Of a stretch of DNA of 64,000 nt, positions 7,664-16,540 are shown in pieces. The stretch is from positions 1-64,000 of the IMG/VR virus record IMGVR_UViG_2767802108_000001. One strand, 5' to 3'. The notes below the pieces were generated by a model. The model ran no database searches. It saw only the letters and a list, made by a program, of their open reading frames with translations, and was not told the origin of the DNA. The DNA is from a virus. Lineage: Duplodnaviria > Caudoviricetes. Position 1 is the stretch's first letter. Each line of letters starts with the position of its first letter. Position numbers and translations under genes: made by a program.

Positions 7664-7890
7664 GGCTGGTCCTTGCCGGTGTGGTGGTGGGCGTCGCGGT
7701 GTTCCCCGCAGCGGGTGCCGAACAGGTCTGCTCTGCACCACAGGCCGGGGCCTTCGTGCGCGTGGTGGGCGATGGTGGCGACGGGGATGGTCTCCTGGCC
7801 GGGTAGGACGGCGGGTGTGGGCAGGGCGAGGCGTTCCTCGATGGACTCGACCCGGGCCGGGACCCGACGCCGGGCCGTACGGCTGGTCAC
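7660..7890 (-). CDS. Hypothetical protein
   Basis: Coupled small ORF. Confidence 0.5.
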   Translation of the reverse strand: MTSRTARRRVPARVESIEERLALPTPAVLPGQETIPVATIAHHAHEGPGLWCRADLFGTRCGEHRDAHHHTGKDQP

Positions 7891-8639
7891 GCGTCCTCCA
7901 GGCCGCCGCCGATGACCAGACGGAGCCGGGCGCGCACAGGTACGGGATCGCTACCAGGAATAGGCCAGTTGTCGGCCACGATCCCGTACGTCTTCGGCGG
8001 CTCCCAGTGACGGTCGTAGTGCCACACCGCGGCCTCCTTGTACAGGCGCGCCCACGACGCCTCCTGCCCCTCCCCGTCGGCCAGCAGGTACGAGGTGACC
8101 AGACCGCCGGCGTTCGGGATCGGTTCGGGCCCGGGGTTGGCCAGCCGCTGGGTGCGGAGGCCCCGACCCCACGGCTCGTGGCGGCGGCAGTACCAGACGG
8201 CCGTCCTCCAGCCGGTGGCCTGGTCCACGGTGTAGTCGTGACCGACAGCATGCTGCCCGCACAGACCGGACCGGCGAATCATCGGTGCGGCACACGTCCG
8301 CTGCTCCCAGCCATCGCGTTTGTCCTCGTAACGGGGACGGTCGGCGTAGACGAGGTCTGCGAGGCGGGACTGCCTGGCGGGGGAGTCCCGGTCGAGGATC
8401 GTTGAGGCGCGCTTCCTCCAGTTGATGAGGTGCCCGTCGGCGTCGTAGCGGTTGGGGTCGCGGACGGCGAGCCAGGCGAGGAGGAGGATGAGTTCGCGGG
8501 CTTCGGGGGTCATGCGCTGGTCTTGGTAGACGCGGGCTACGAGGGCGTCGTAGCCGTCTCCTCCGTCGCCACCGCCCTTCCTCTTCCGCTTCCGTACGGG
8601 CGTGTGCTGGACGTGGGCGAGGTGCAGTGCTGCTCCCAC
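7887..8639 (-). CDS. Hypothetical protein
   Basis: GGAGG RBS plus GTG 8639; Cys/His cluster. Confidence 0.65.
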   Translation of the reverse strand: MGAALHLAHVQHTPVRKRKRKGGGDGGDGYDALVARVYQDQRMTPEARELILLLAWLAVRDPNRYDADGHLINWRKRASTILDRDSPARQSRLADLVYADRPRYEDKRDGWEQRTCAAPMIRRSGLCGQHAVGHDYTVDQATGWRTAVWYCRRHEPWGRGLRTQRLANPGPEPIPNAGGLVTSYLLADGEGQEASWARLYKEAAVWHYDRHWEPPKTYGIVADNWPIPGSDPVPVRARLRLVIGGGLEDA

Positions 8640-8641
8640 GG

Positions 8642-8929
8642 TCAGACCTCCTCGGTCTGCTTCGGGTCGGTGAGTGGGGTGAGCTGATCCCACAGCCACG
8701 GGGTGTGTGTGGTGTGGCGGTGGTGCCTGCCGCACGCCTTGCAGTGCGACGGACGGATCCGCATCGGAACGACCGCATGCAGCGGCTTCCGCCAGTCGCC
8801 CTCGGCTTGGAGGTGGTCACCGCGGTGCTGGCCACAGCGGCCGCAGATCCAGTAGCCGTCGGAGCCGTCGGGCTGGACGGGTCCCTCACGGAACCAGTGG
8901 TCGGCGATCAACGGCGGGCGACCAGTCAC
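8642..8929 (-). CDS. Small Cys/His zinc-finger-like protein
   Basis: CGRCGQH and CKACGRHH repeats. Confidence 0.6.
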   Translation of the reverse strand: MTGRPPLIADHWFREGPVQPDGSDGYWICGRCGQHRGDHLQAEGDWRKPLHAVVPMRIRPSHCKACGRHHRHTTHTPWLWDQLTPLTDPKQTEEV

Positions 8930-9435
8930 GTCGTCGACTCCTTGCTGTCGAGGGCTTGGATGGTGGGGCACGGGTAGGGGGCGGAGAGCCGCCCGAAGTC
9001 TTCGGTGCAGATCGCGCAGTACGCGCCTTGCTTGTAGTGCAGGGCACGGACCCGGTCGACGTCCGCCTTCCAGGCCGCGTTCGCCTCGCGGGCGCGCTGC
9101 GCCTCGTCTACGAGCTGCGGCCAGTTCAGGTGCAGGCCCGCGTTCAGGGCGTGGGCGAGGGCCTTGCGGGTGACCTCGTGGGCGACCATGACGTCCGAGG
9201 CGGTCAGCGGACGTCCGATGCCCTTCCCTTCGGTGACGGCGGCCCGGATCCGATCGACTTCCGCCTCCACCTCGGCTGCAACGAGGGGTGCAACAGCTCC
9301 AGCGATCCAGTCGACCCACTCGCGGATACGCTGCTCGCCGCCTTCGCCGTCCAGCTCGGCGTCCTGGAGACCGAAGAGCATGTTGGGCCCGATGGTCTTC
9401 TTGACGCGGTCGGTCAGGGCCGGCTTGTCGGTCAC
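8926..9435 (-). CDS. Hypothetical phage protein
   Basis: RVRALH...CAIC...YPCPTIQAL motif common in actinophages. Confidence 0.7.
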   Translation of the reverse strand: MTDKPALTDRVKKTIGPNMLFGLQDAELDGEGGEQRIREWVDWIAGAVAPLVAAEVEAEVDRIRAAVTEGKGIGRPLTASDVMVAHEVTRKALAHALNAGLHLNWPQLVDEAQRAREANAAWKADVDRVRALHYKQGAYCAICTEDFGRLSAPYPCPTIQALDSKESTT

Positions 9436-9602
9436 GGGCTGGTCCTTTCGGTGCGGGCTTGGTCTTCGCGTTGGCAGAGGAGGAGGAACAGGTCTCGGGC
9501 CCGGTCGGCTGCGATGTCGGCTTGGGCTTGAGCGCGTTCGTACTGGGTGCGGATGGCTTCGATGCTGGCGTAAGCGGCGAAGTCCGGTCGGATGCTGCTC
9601 AC
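9432..9602 (-). CDS. Small hypothetical protein
   Basis: GTGA-coupled ORF SSIRPDFAAY... Confidence 0.55.
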   Translation of the reverse strand: MSSIRPDFAAYASIEAIRTQYERAQAQADIAADRARDLFLLLCQREDQARTERTSP

Positions 9603-9994
9603 AAGGCCAGCCTCTCGGGATGGTCCGCGTACTCGTGGAGGACGCTGGCGTGGCAGAAGTCCGGCCGCCCGACCTCGGGGAGGGGGCAGGTGCACGCGAG
9701 GTCGCGGTCCTTGAGGCGCCACAGATCGGCGAGCACCCGCCGTCGGTCGAAGGTTTTCCGTCCGACCTTCCAGGTGTCGGGGCCGGTTCCGTGCAGCCAA
9801 GCCCGGTAGTGGCTGCTGGCGGCGGCGCGGGCCTCTTCAGAAGATCCGAAGGGCTGGGTGATGCCGTCGGGGTGGAGGAGGATGTGGTCGTCGATGATCC
9901 GCCAGGGGTTTCCGTAGCGGCTGCTGCGGTCGACGATGAGGGCGGCTCCTGCGCGCCAGCCGGGGCTGCGCTTGCGCTGGACTCGCTGCGGCAT
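9599..9994 (-). CDS. DUF4326 domain protein
   Basis: PQRVQRKR..GWR, VDRSSRYGNPW, LKDRDLACTC...CHASVL. Confidence 0.85.
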   Translation of the reverse strand: MPQRVQRKRSPGWRAGAALIVDRSSRYGNPWRIIDDHILLHPDGITQPFGSSEEARAAASSHYRAWLHGTGPDTWKVGRKTFDRRRVLADLWRLKDRDLACTCPLPEVGRPDFCHASVLHEYADHPERLAL

Positions 9995-10164
9995 CACGCC
10001 TCGCATTCGTGGTCGTCGGCGTCGAAGGGCTGCCCGTCCTGGTCCTGGAGGAGGAGGCCGTCTTCCTCGTCGTACCAGCCGTTGCCGCTGGCGCCGCAGT
10101 TCCCGCACTCCCAGCGTCCGGCGAGACTGATGCCGGAGAAGCCTCCACTGCTGCTCTGCGGCAT
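9994..10164 (-). CDS. Small zinc-ribbon protein flanked by 17-bp direct repeats
   Basis: WECGNCG...HEC; repeats at 9986-10002 and 10156-10172. Confidence 0.6.
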   Translation of the reverse strand: MPQSSSGGFSGISLAGRWECGNCGASGNGWYDEEDGLLLQDQDGQPFDADDHECEA

Positions 10165-10337
10165 CACGCCTCCACGTTTGAGTCGAGACGCTGGGAGGCT
10201 TCCAGTTCGGTGCGCACCTTGCGGCAGTGCTCCTCGGTGGCGTTCTCGACGACGAAACGCTGCTCCTGGCGGTCGTAGAGCGTGGCGAAGACACCGTCTC
10301 GGCCGATGACGTAGCGGTCGGATGCAGGCTTGACCAT
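10164..10337 (-). CDS. Small hypothetical protein
   Basis: MVKPASDRYV...; TGATG-coupled to the next gene. Confidence 0.55.
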   Translation of the reverse strand: MVKPASDRYVIGRDGVFATLYDRQEQRFVVENATEEHCRKVRTELEASQRLDSNVEA

Positions 10338-10556
10338 GCAGGGCTCCCGGGTTGGGGGTGTGGTGGTGAGTGTGCCGGGGTTTGGGCGTCGGCTTCCCCA
10401 CGGTCGATGCGGTGGGTTTCTCAACCCCTCCACCGTACCCATATAGACATGGCAGTGCAATGCGTATGACGGTGTGTGGTGTCGACTTCTGCCCTCTACC
10501 GCCGCCACCCGTCCCGCGTCATCCTGGGCTCGACCACGCCACGGAGGGAGCCGGCC

Positions 10557-10676
10557 ATGAACTGCAACAAGTGCGGCGGCCAAGCCCAGCAGGGCCCTGA
10601 CGGGTCCTGGTTGTGCCCTCAATGCGGGCCGATCTCCGGGAACACGCCGGCACCGCGCGTAGGGTCGAAGCCGTGA
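10557..10676 (+). CDS. Tiny zinc-ribbon protein
   Basis: GGAGGGAG RBS; CNKC...CPQC. Confidence 0.5.
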   Translation: MNCNKCGGQAQQGPDGSWLCPQCGPISGNTPAPRVGSKP

Positions 10677-10927
10677 GCAGGAAACGACAGAGCACACCAG
10701 CCGCACCGTGCGCTAGCCCGATGGAAGCTGCGGCCGCCGCAGCGGACTTCCTCGCCGGGCAGGAGATCACCCGGTCACAGTGCGGTGGGTGCGGCACGGA
10801 GATCGCGGGGATCAAGGGCCGGTACTCGTGTGCCTGCGGGTGGACCAACCCCTGGTACGAGGGGTACGGGACGCTGCCAACCGCTCAGGATGATCCAGAC
10901 TGGCCCGGGGTGGACGTGCAGGCGTGA
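10673..10927 (+). CDS. Zinc-ribbon hypothetical protein
   Basis: CGGCG...YSCACGW. Confidence 0.6.
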   Translation: MSRKRQSTPAAPCASPMEAAAAAADFLAGQEITRSQCGGCGTEIAGIKGRYSCACGWTNPWYEGYGTLPTAQDDPDWPGVDVQA

Positions 10928-11104
10928 AGACGCCCCCTGGAATTCGCCGATGTCCGGGGGCGGTCGACCAGCGTTTCCCCTCGCCGGGCTACCGGGTCGT
11001 GGGGGCGCTCTGCGGGCGCTATCCCCCAGTGACCGGGGGTCGCGCCACCATCGTGCACCGGCAGGACCGTGAACGCCCGTCAGACGCGCCCGCTGAGGCC
11101 GCGA

Positions 11105-11461
11105 TCAGTCCTGGTAGCCGATCGACCCGAGACCGTTGTGGGCGCGGTTCAGGGCGCTGTACAGCTGCTGCGCGGCGTCGCGGGCTACGCCCAGGCCGTA
11201 GAAAACCTCGTCGAGGTCTTGGGTGAGGGTGTCCTTGTCGCTGCGCAGCCGGCCCGTCTCTTTCAGGTCTTCGATGAGCCGGGTGACCTGTTCGAGGGCC
11301 TGGGGGAGCATCATGGCGAGTTCGGACAGGTTGCCGACGACGTTGTAGGCGTCGCCCGGGTACTGCCAGTCGTCGCCGGCCGTGCGGGTGCGGTGGTTCA
11401 GGGCGCGTACGGCGGCGGCGGCTTCGGCGGCCATCTGGGAGGGGCTGCGGTCGAGGTCCAT
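11105..11461 (-). CDS. Hypothetical protein (helical, mobile-element associated)
   Basis: AAAAVRALNHRT...YPGDAYNVVGNL; GGAG RBS. Confidence 0.75.
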   Translation of the reverse strand: MDLDRSPSQMAAEAAAAVRALNHRTRTAGDDWQYPGDAYNVVGNLSELAMMLPQALEQVTRLIEDLKETGRLRSDKDTLTQDLDEVFYGLGVARDAAQQLYSALNRAHNGLGSIGYQD

Positions 11462-11853
11462 GGTCGGTGCTCCAAGGCGTTGTCGGTGACGCGGTCAGTC
11501 TTCCAGCTAAAGGCGGGCACGTGGGGCGGTATCTGCCGGGTGGGGCGTAGTGCCTGACCGGTACGCCTGTACGCCCCCGCGGGCACCCTCCCGGGCCGGG
11601 GTAAAAGCAGCGCACGGTCGGCTGCATGGCCGCTTCAGGGGACACGGTGTGCGCGGGGCGTGGGGACGGGTCGGATTGTCCCAACGGTGAGGATCAGGAC
11701 CTGGTGGACGGAGTTCGGTGTGAGGAGTGCGCGCACTTCTACGAGCTGGACGAAACGGAGCCCGCGCGGCGCCTGCCCGTGGATGATGGGCTGACCCGGC
11801 CTACAGGGGACCCGTGGGAGGCCGGGCCGGGGACGGCGGCGTAGAGCCGGAGG

Positions 11854-13170
11854 TCAGCTTGCCGGGTGCAGACGACGAGTGAGATCGCCGCCCCGGACCT
11901 GGCCGAACAGGTAGTCCGCGAGTGCGTACAGGGCGCCGCCGGGCTCGGTGGGGGTGGTCTGCGGGATGCGGACGTTGCCGCGGCGGGTGCGTCGGGTGGG
12001 CGCTGGCCCGCGACGTTTGATGGGCTTGCCGACGACGGCCGCGTGCAGTTTCGCCGCCTCCGCGTCGAGCGCGTGGATGCCGGTCTCTGCTGGTGCCAGC
12101 AGTGGCGGTTCGTCCCAGTCTTCGATGTTCGGCGCTGGCGGCGTCAGGCTGTCGAGGGGGTTTGTCTGTGAGACTGCCGCACGGTGGGCAGCGAGAGCGG
12201 CAGAGGCGTACCCACGCGCGCCGTGCTCGGTCCGGGCGTGGAGGTCTTCGGCGTGCTCGGCGGCGAGCGCGGCCCGCTGTTGGGCGGTGTCGCACCACAA
12301 CTTGTGTCGGGCTTCAGCCAGTGCGGCGACTGCGTCAGGTACGGCGGCCGGCACCTTGGGCGGGGGTGCGGCGGCTTCGGTCTCGGCGGCCTGCCGGGCC
12401 GCACAGGCGTCCTTCCATGCGGTGAGCAGCCCGCGGTAGAGCTGCCTGTGTTCGGCGAGGAGGCGGTCTGCCGCGGGTGGCCAGGGTTCGGCGTCGGTGC
12501 CATTGGGGTGAGGTGCGCGAACGTCGGGGTGCGCGGCGGTGTGGGCGGCGTAGTGCTCGCGGTAGAAGTCGCGCCCCCGGTCAGTGATCTCGTACCCGTC
12601 GTAGCCAGCACGGTTCCGGGCCAGGGGCGGAACGTGCTTGTCGATCAAGGCTCGCTCGATGGTTGTGGAGTGCGTCCACTTCAGGTGCTCGCCTCGCTGG
12701 TCGGCCGCCCATAGCAGGGCGAGGACTTCCCACGAGCGGCGGCCGAGTGCCGCTTTGCGGGGGCCGCCGGGGTTGAGGCTGGTTCCGGCGCGGGCTGCTG
12801 CACGGCCTTCCCGCGTCAACTGGACGGTGCGCATGTAGCCCCACTGGGTGGGCTTGCCGTCGCGGGTGATCAGGCCGCGGCGCTCCAACGCGGCCATGGT
12901 GGAGCCGTTGCCCTGATTGTCCCATCCGCGCCACATCAGCCGCTCTTGCAGCGCTGTCCACCCGAAGACATTGCGGAGGGCTGGTTCGTGGGCGAAGTCG
13001 ATCTGACGCCACTCGTAGGCGGGCCTGTCGTCGTAGTAGCCGCGAGCGGCGTTGGCTCGTCGGCTGGTTTCGGCGCCCTGGTCGAGTTCGTAGATGACGG
13101 CGAGGGTGCCTTGCTGACGGTCGTTCAACGCGGACCAGGCATTGAGAGCTTTCGATGTTCGGGCGGGCAT
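11854..13170 (-). CDS. Hypothetical protein with tandem winged-helix-like segments
   Basis: ALERRGLI...LTREGR and YEITDRGR motifs; AGGAG RBS. Confidence 0.75.
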   Translation of the reverse strand: MPARTSKALNAWSALNDRQQGTLAVIYELDQGAETSRRANAARGYYDDRPAYEWRQIDFAHEPALRNVFGWTALQERLMWRGWDNQGNGSTMAALERRGLITRDGKPTQWGYMRTVQLTREGRAAARAGTSLNPGGPRKAALGRRSWEVLALLWAADQRGEHLKWTHSTTIERALIDKHVPPLARNRAGYDGYEITDRGRDFYREHYAAHTAAHPDVRAPHPNGTDAEPWPPAADRLLAEHRQLYRGLLTAWKDACAARQAAETEAAAPPPKVPAAVPDAVAALAEARHKLWCDTAQQRAALAAEHAEDLHARTEHGARGYASAALAAHRAAVSQTNPLDSLTPPAPNIEDWDEPPLLAPAETGIHALDAEAAKLHAAVVGKPIKRRGPAPTRRTRRGNVRIPQTTPTEPGGALYALADYLFGQVRGGDLTRRLHPAS

Positions 13171-13317
13171 GGGGGCATTCTCCTACGCCGTCGGCTCTGG
13201 GACGCTGGGAACGACGGACGAAGGGGGATGACGCGTCACAGGTCGGTGACTTCCCTTCACCTGGCCTTCACGGGGTCGGATGATGCGCGGAGGGATTCGA
13301 TCACCTCTGGGGGACTC

Positions 13318-13836
13318 ATGCGCCACACCACCACCGCTACCGCCGCCGTTCTGCTCGCCGTGCTAGCTGCGGGCTGCTCGAGCGGAGATGACGGGGACGG
13401 GAAGGCCGACGGCTCGCCGGCCCCGTCCACGTCGTCTGCGGCCCCGGCCGAGTCGGAGACGACGGCCGCCAGGCCGAAGCTGTCCACCGAGTGGTCGCCG
13501 AAGCTTCAGGCCGCCACCAGCAGTAGCCAGGACGACGTGTGCAAGACCGTCGGAGCGAAGCCGTGCGTGGACCACATCACGAGGTTGACGGAGCTGGTGT
13601 ACGACGTGCGGGACGCCATCGACACCGCTGGCGCAACCGCCGCCTACCCGAAGGCGCTGGAGGCGATCGGGGACGTGGAGGACGCGTCGGCCGCGTATGC
13701 GGAGGGCGGGTGTGCGGGATCGTCGGAGGCGACGCTGTTGGACGGGTCGGAGTGCGGCGGGTATGTGGCGACGCTGTTGTTGGGGCCGTCGATGGTGGAC
13801 ATGACGATGACCACGGACGAACTGACAGTCCCGTAG
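13318..13836 (+). CDS. Lipoprotein (possible superinfection exclusion or moron)
   Basis: Lipobox LAAG-C, Ser/Pro linker, paired Cys. Confidence 0.8.
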   Translation: MRHTTTATAAVLLAVLAAGCSSGDDGDGKADGSPAPSTSSAAPAESETTAARPKLSTEWSPKLQAATSSSQDDVCKTVGAKPCVDHITRLTELVYDVRDAIDTAGATAAYPKALEAIGDVEDASAAYAEGGCAGSSEATLLDGSECGGYVATLLLGPSMVDMTMTTDELTVP

Positions 13837-13855
13837 CCGACGGACCCTGGGGCCC

Positions 13856-14356
13856 CTACTTGCCGCCGACAGGCCAGCCGTAGCCCTCAGCGATGGCCAG
13901 CACCGTGTGACAGGGCGCTTCCAACGGATCACCGGCGTAGTCGCGGCAAGCCATGCAGACGGACGGCCCGTTGTGCTGCCCGTCACAGTCGTCGGGGCAT
14001 TCCGGCTCGCTGTACCGACCGTGGTTGGGAACGCCCTGGTGCAGCTCCAGCAGCTTCCGGTCGGCGGCGCAGCGACGCAGCACCGACTCCGGATCGTGGC
14101 GTACGACGTGCTCTGCCATGAACAGGCCCTCGTAGGAACCGTTCCACCGACGGCTGATCTTGCGCTTCACGCCGGGGTGCGGATCGTCGACAACGAGGAT
14201 CCGCCCGTCCGTCGGACCGTCGCCGTCGCGGAAGGACCAGACCGGGGTAGGCGGGTGGCAGCCGCAGAGAGCGGCAGCCTTCCGCGCTGCCTCCTCGCGC
14301 GCGGTGATGGCGGTCTCCAGCCAGGCGAGGAGGTCCTGGGCGTTCTGGTCGGTCAC
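13856..14356 (-). CDS. DUF6221 family protein
   Basis: HVVRHDPESVLRRCAADRKLLELH...PCHTVLAIAEGY. Confidence 0.8.
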   Translation of the reverse strand: MTDQNAQDLLAWLETAITAREEAARKAAALCGCHPPTPVWSFRDGDGPTDGRILVVDDPHPGVKRKISRRWNGSYEGLFMAEHVVRHDPESVLRRCAADRKLLELHQGVPNHGRYSEPECPDDCDGQHNGPSVCMACRDYAGDPLEAPCHTVLAIAEGYGWPVGGK

Positions 14357-14448
14357 GGGGGGCTCCTTGGGGCGAGGGGCGTACAGGCATCGTCTCCCGG
14401 TACGCGCCAGCCGTTCCCCGCGGCGCCGCCTGGAGTCGGGCCCACAGC

Positions 14449-14763
14449 GTGACCGATCCAGATGCTGCTGGTTACTACGTCGTGAGCTACGACAGCTGGA
14501 AGTGCAGCAACTGCAACGCAATGACCTGTGCGGACTGCGGTCAGCATGCCTGTGCCGACGAGTGCGGCGCCTGTGGTGGGGGGTGCTACTGCTACTGCGT
14601 GTGTCCCACCATGCGGGAAGACGGTTGGGATTGTCGGGCGCCCCCAGGCGTAACCCAGAGGCGCCGACGGGACGGTCAGGCGCCGTTCTGCCGCGCCTTC
14701 GCCGTCTCGTACTTCTGGCGCGCGGCGATGAACGCCTCATCGGTGCCACCCCGGTCCGGGTGA
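14449..14763 (+). CDS. Cys-rich small protein, antisense to the replication operon
   Basis: 12 Cys within ~45 aa; GGAG upstream; 3' end overlaps the opposite-strand gene. Confidence 0.4.
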   Translation: MTDPDAAGYYVVSYDSWKCSNCNAMTCADCGQHACADECGACGGGCYCYCVCPTMREDGWDCRAPPGVTQRRRRDGQAPFCRAFAVSYFWRAAMNASSVPPRSG

Positions 14764-15062
14764 GCGTCGGCCATCGCCTGCTTCAACTCCGCCAGGGAGG
14801 CACGCTTCGGCTGGTGGGGGATCTCCGGCGGCGCCATGTGCAGGCGGCGCATGGTGTAGCCGTGGTAGACCTCGCCGTCCGCCTCGATCTTCTGCCGGTC
14901 AACGAACGACGTGCGGTGATCGTTGAGGTAGGTGAAGTAGATCCGCTTGGTGGTCTTCTTCGTGATCGGATGGGCGTACACCTTGTAATTGCCGAGGGGG
15001 CCGTCGTCCCAGTTGGCGTCCCACAGCTCGTACAGGTACTCGGTCTGCTGAAGCTCTGTCAT
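14676..15062 (-). CDS. Protein with C-terminal minimal J-domain
   Basis: LKQAMADAHPDRGGTDEAFIAARQKYE (HPD motif). Confidence 0.75.
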   Translation of the reverse strand: MTELQQTEYLYELWDANWDDGPLGNYKVYAHPITKKTTKRIYFTYLNDHRTSFVDRQKIEADGEVYHGYTMRRLHMAPPEIPHQPKRASLAELKQAMADAHPDRGGTDEAFIAARQKYETAKARQNGA

Positions 15063-15082
15063 GCCACTGCATCCTTCCTGAA

Positions 15083-16462
15083 TCAGGTCTGGGCCATGTC
15101 GACAAAGCGGCTGTAGTGGAGTTGCGCGGCGACCGTCACGCGGGCGGTCGGTCCGAACCGGTTCTTCTCCACGAACAGGTCCACCTCGCCGGAGCGCGGC
15201 GACCCTTCTTCTTCCAGGTCCGGCCGCTCCACCTTGATCACCACGGATGCGTCGTTCTTGATCGCCCGAGACTCACGCATGAGGCCGTCGTCATTGAGCT
15301 GCGACAGGGCGATCACGTGGCAGTCAAGCTGCACGGACAGGTTCTTCAGCCCGCGGGACACGGATGCGACGGCTTGTTCGCGGCTGGCGTTGCGGGACTG
15401 CTCAACTTCGACCAGCTGTACGTAGTCGACGACGAGGAGCCCCAGGCCGCCCGTACGGGCGCATGCGCGGGCCGCTGAGGCAATGTCGCCCAGGGAGGCG
15501 CCGTCGGGCCGGTAAACGCGCAGGGGGAGCTTCTGGAACAGCTCTGGGCCGAGCCGCATCACGGTCTCCCAGCCGTCCTGGGTGAGGCCGCCCTGGTGTG
15601 TCAGGTGGTGGAGGGCGATCTTCCCTTCGGCGGCGGCGATCTTCTGCATGAGTTCGGTCTCGCTCATCTCCAGCGACGAGAACATGACCGGGGCGCCGGT
15701 CTTCGCGGCGGCGACGGCGGAGTTGAGGGCGAACGTGGACTTGCCCATCCCGGACTGGGCGGCGACGACGGTGACGTTGCCGGGCTGCATGCCGGAGGTG
15801 AGCGTGTCGAGGTCGATAAACCCGTACGGCAGGCCGGTCTTCTTCCCTTCCTGGACGGCTTCGAGGTCGGCGACAAAGTCGAGGTACAGGTCGCCGACGG
15901 TTGGGGGTGCCTCGCTGACGCCGGGGGTTCCCGCGATGATGTCGGTGAGTTTCTGCTCGACGAGGGCGCGGATGTCGTCGTCGTCGCCGGTGTTGCTGTA
16001 GGCGTACTCCAGGATGCTGTTCGCCGATTCGATGACGGCCCGCCGGTACGCCTTGGCTCGGACGATTTCGGCGTAGCGGGAGCCGTTGGCGGGGGTGGGT
16101 ACGGCTTGAGTGCAGGCGTGGAGGTAGGGGGCTCCGCCGGCGCGGGCGAGGTCGCCGCGTTTGGTCAGTTCGGCGGTGAGGGTGATCGGGTCTACGGATT
16201 CGCCGGCTGCGGCCAGGTCGCGGATGGTGCGGTGGATGATCTGGTGGGCGGGCCGGTAGTACTCGCTGGCGGTGATGCCGGTGTCGAGGATCTCGCCGAA
16301 GAACCGGTGGGAGGCGCTGCTCTTGTCCCCGGCGAGGAGCAGGGAGCCGAGGACGGACTGTTCCGCGGCGAGGTCCTGCGGGGGGATGCGGGTGAAGCAG
16401 GGCTCGTCGTCGGGGTTGTCGTCGGTGGCCGGCTGGTATTGCGGGGGGATGCTGGTGGACAC
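15083..16462 (-). CDS. dnaB: Replicative DNA helicase DnaB-like
   Basis: PPQDLAAEQSVLGS N-domain; Walker A AQSGMGKS; FSSLEM; VVDYVQL; LSQLN; KNRFGP. Confidence 0.95.
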   Translation of the reverse strand: MSTSIPPQYQPATDDNPDDEPCFTRIPPQDLAAEQSVLGSLLLAGDKSSASHRFFGEILDTGITASEYYRPAHQIIHRTIRDLAAAGESVDPITLTAELTKRGDLARAGGAPYLHACTQAVPTPANGSRYAEIVRAKAYRRAVIESANSILEYAYSNTGDDDDIRALVEQKLTDIIAGTPGVSEAPPTVGDLYLDFVADLEAVQEGKKTGLPYGFIDLDTLTSGMQPGNVTVVAAQSGMGKSTFALNSAVAAAKTGAPVMFSSLEMSETELMQKIAAAEGKIALHHLTHQGGLTQDGWETVMRLGPELFQKLPLRVYRPDGASLGDIASAARACARTGGLGLLVVDYVQLVEVEQSRNASREQAVASVSRGLKNLSVQLDCHVIALSQLNDDGLMRESRAIKNDASVVIKVERPDLEEEGSPRSGEVDLFVEKNRFGPTARVTVAAQLHYSRFVDMAQT

Positions 16463-16540
16463 TGGAGGTCTCCTGTTCGGTGATGCGTTCAGGGGATTCG
16501 CGGGCCGCTCCCCGGCATGGGAGCGGCCCGCAGCACGTGG

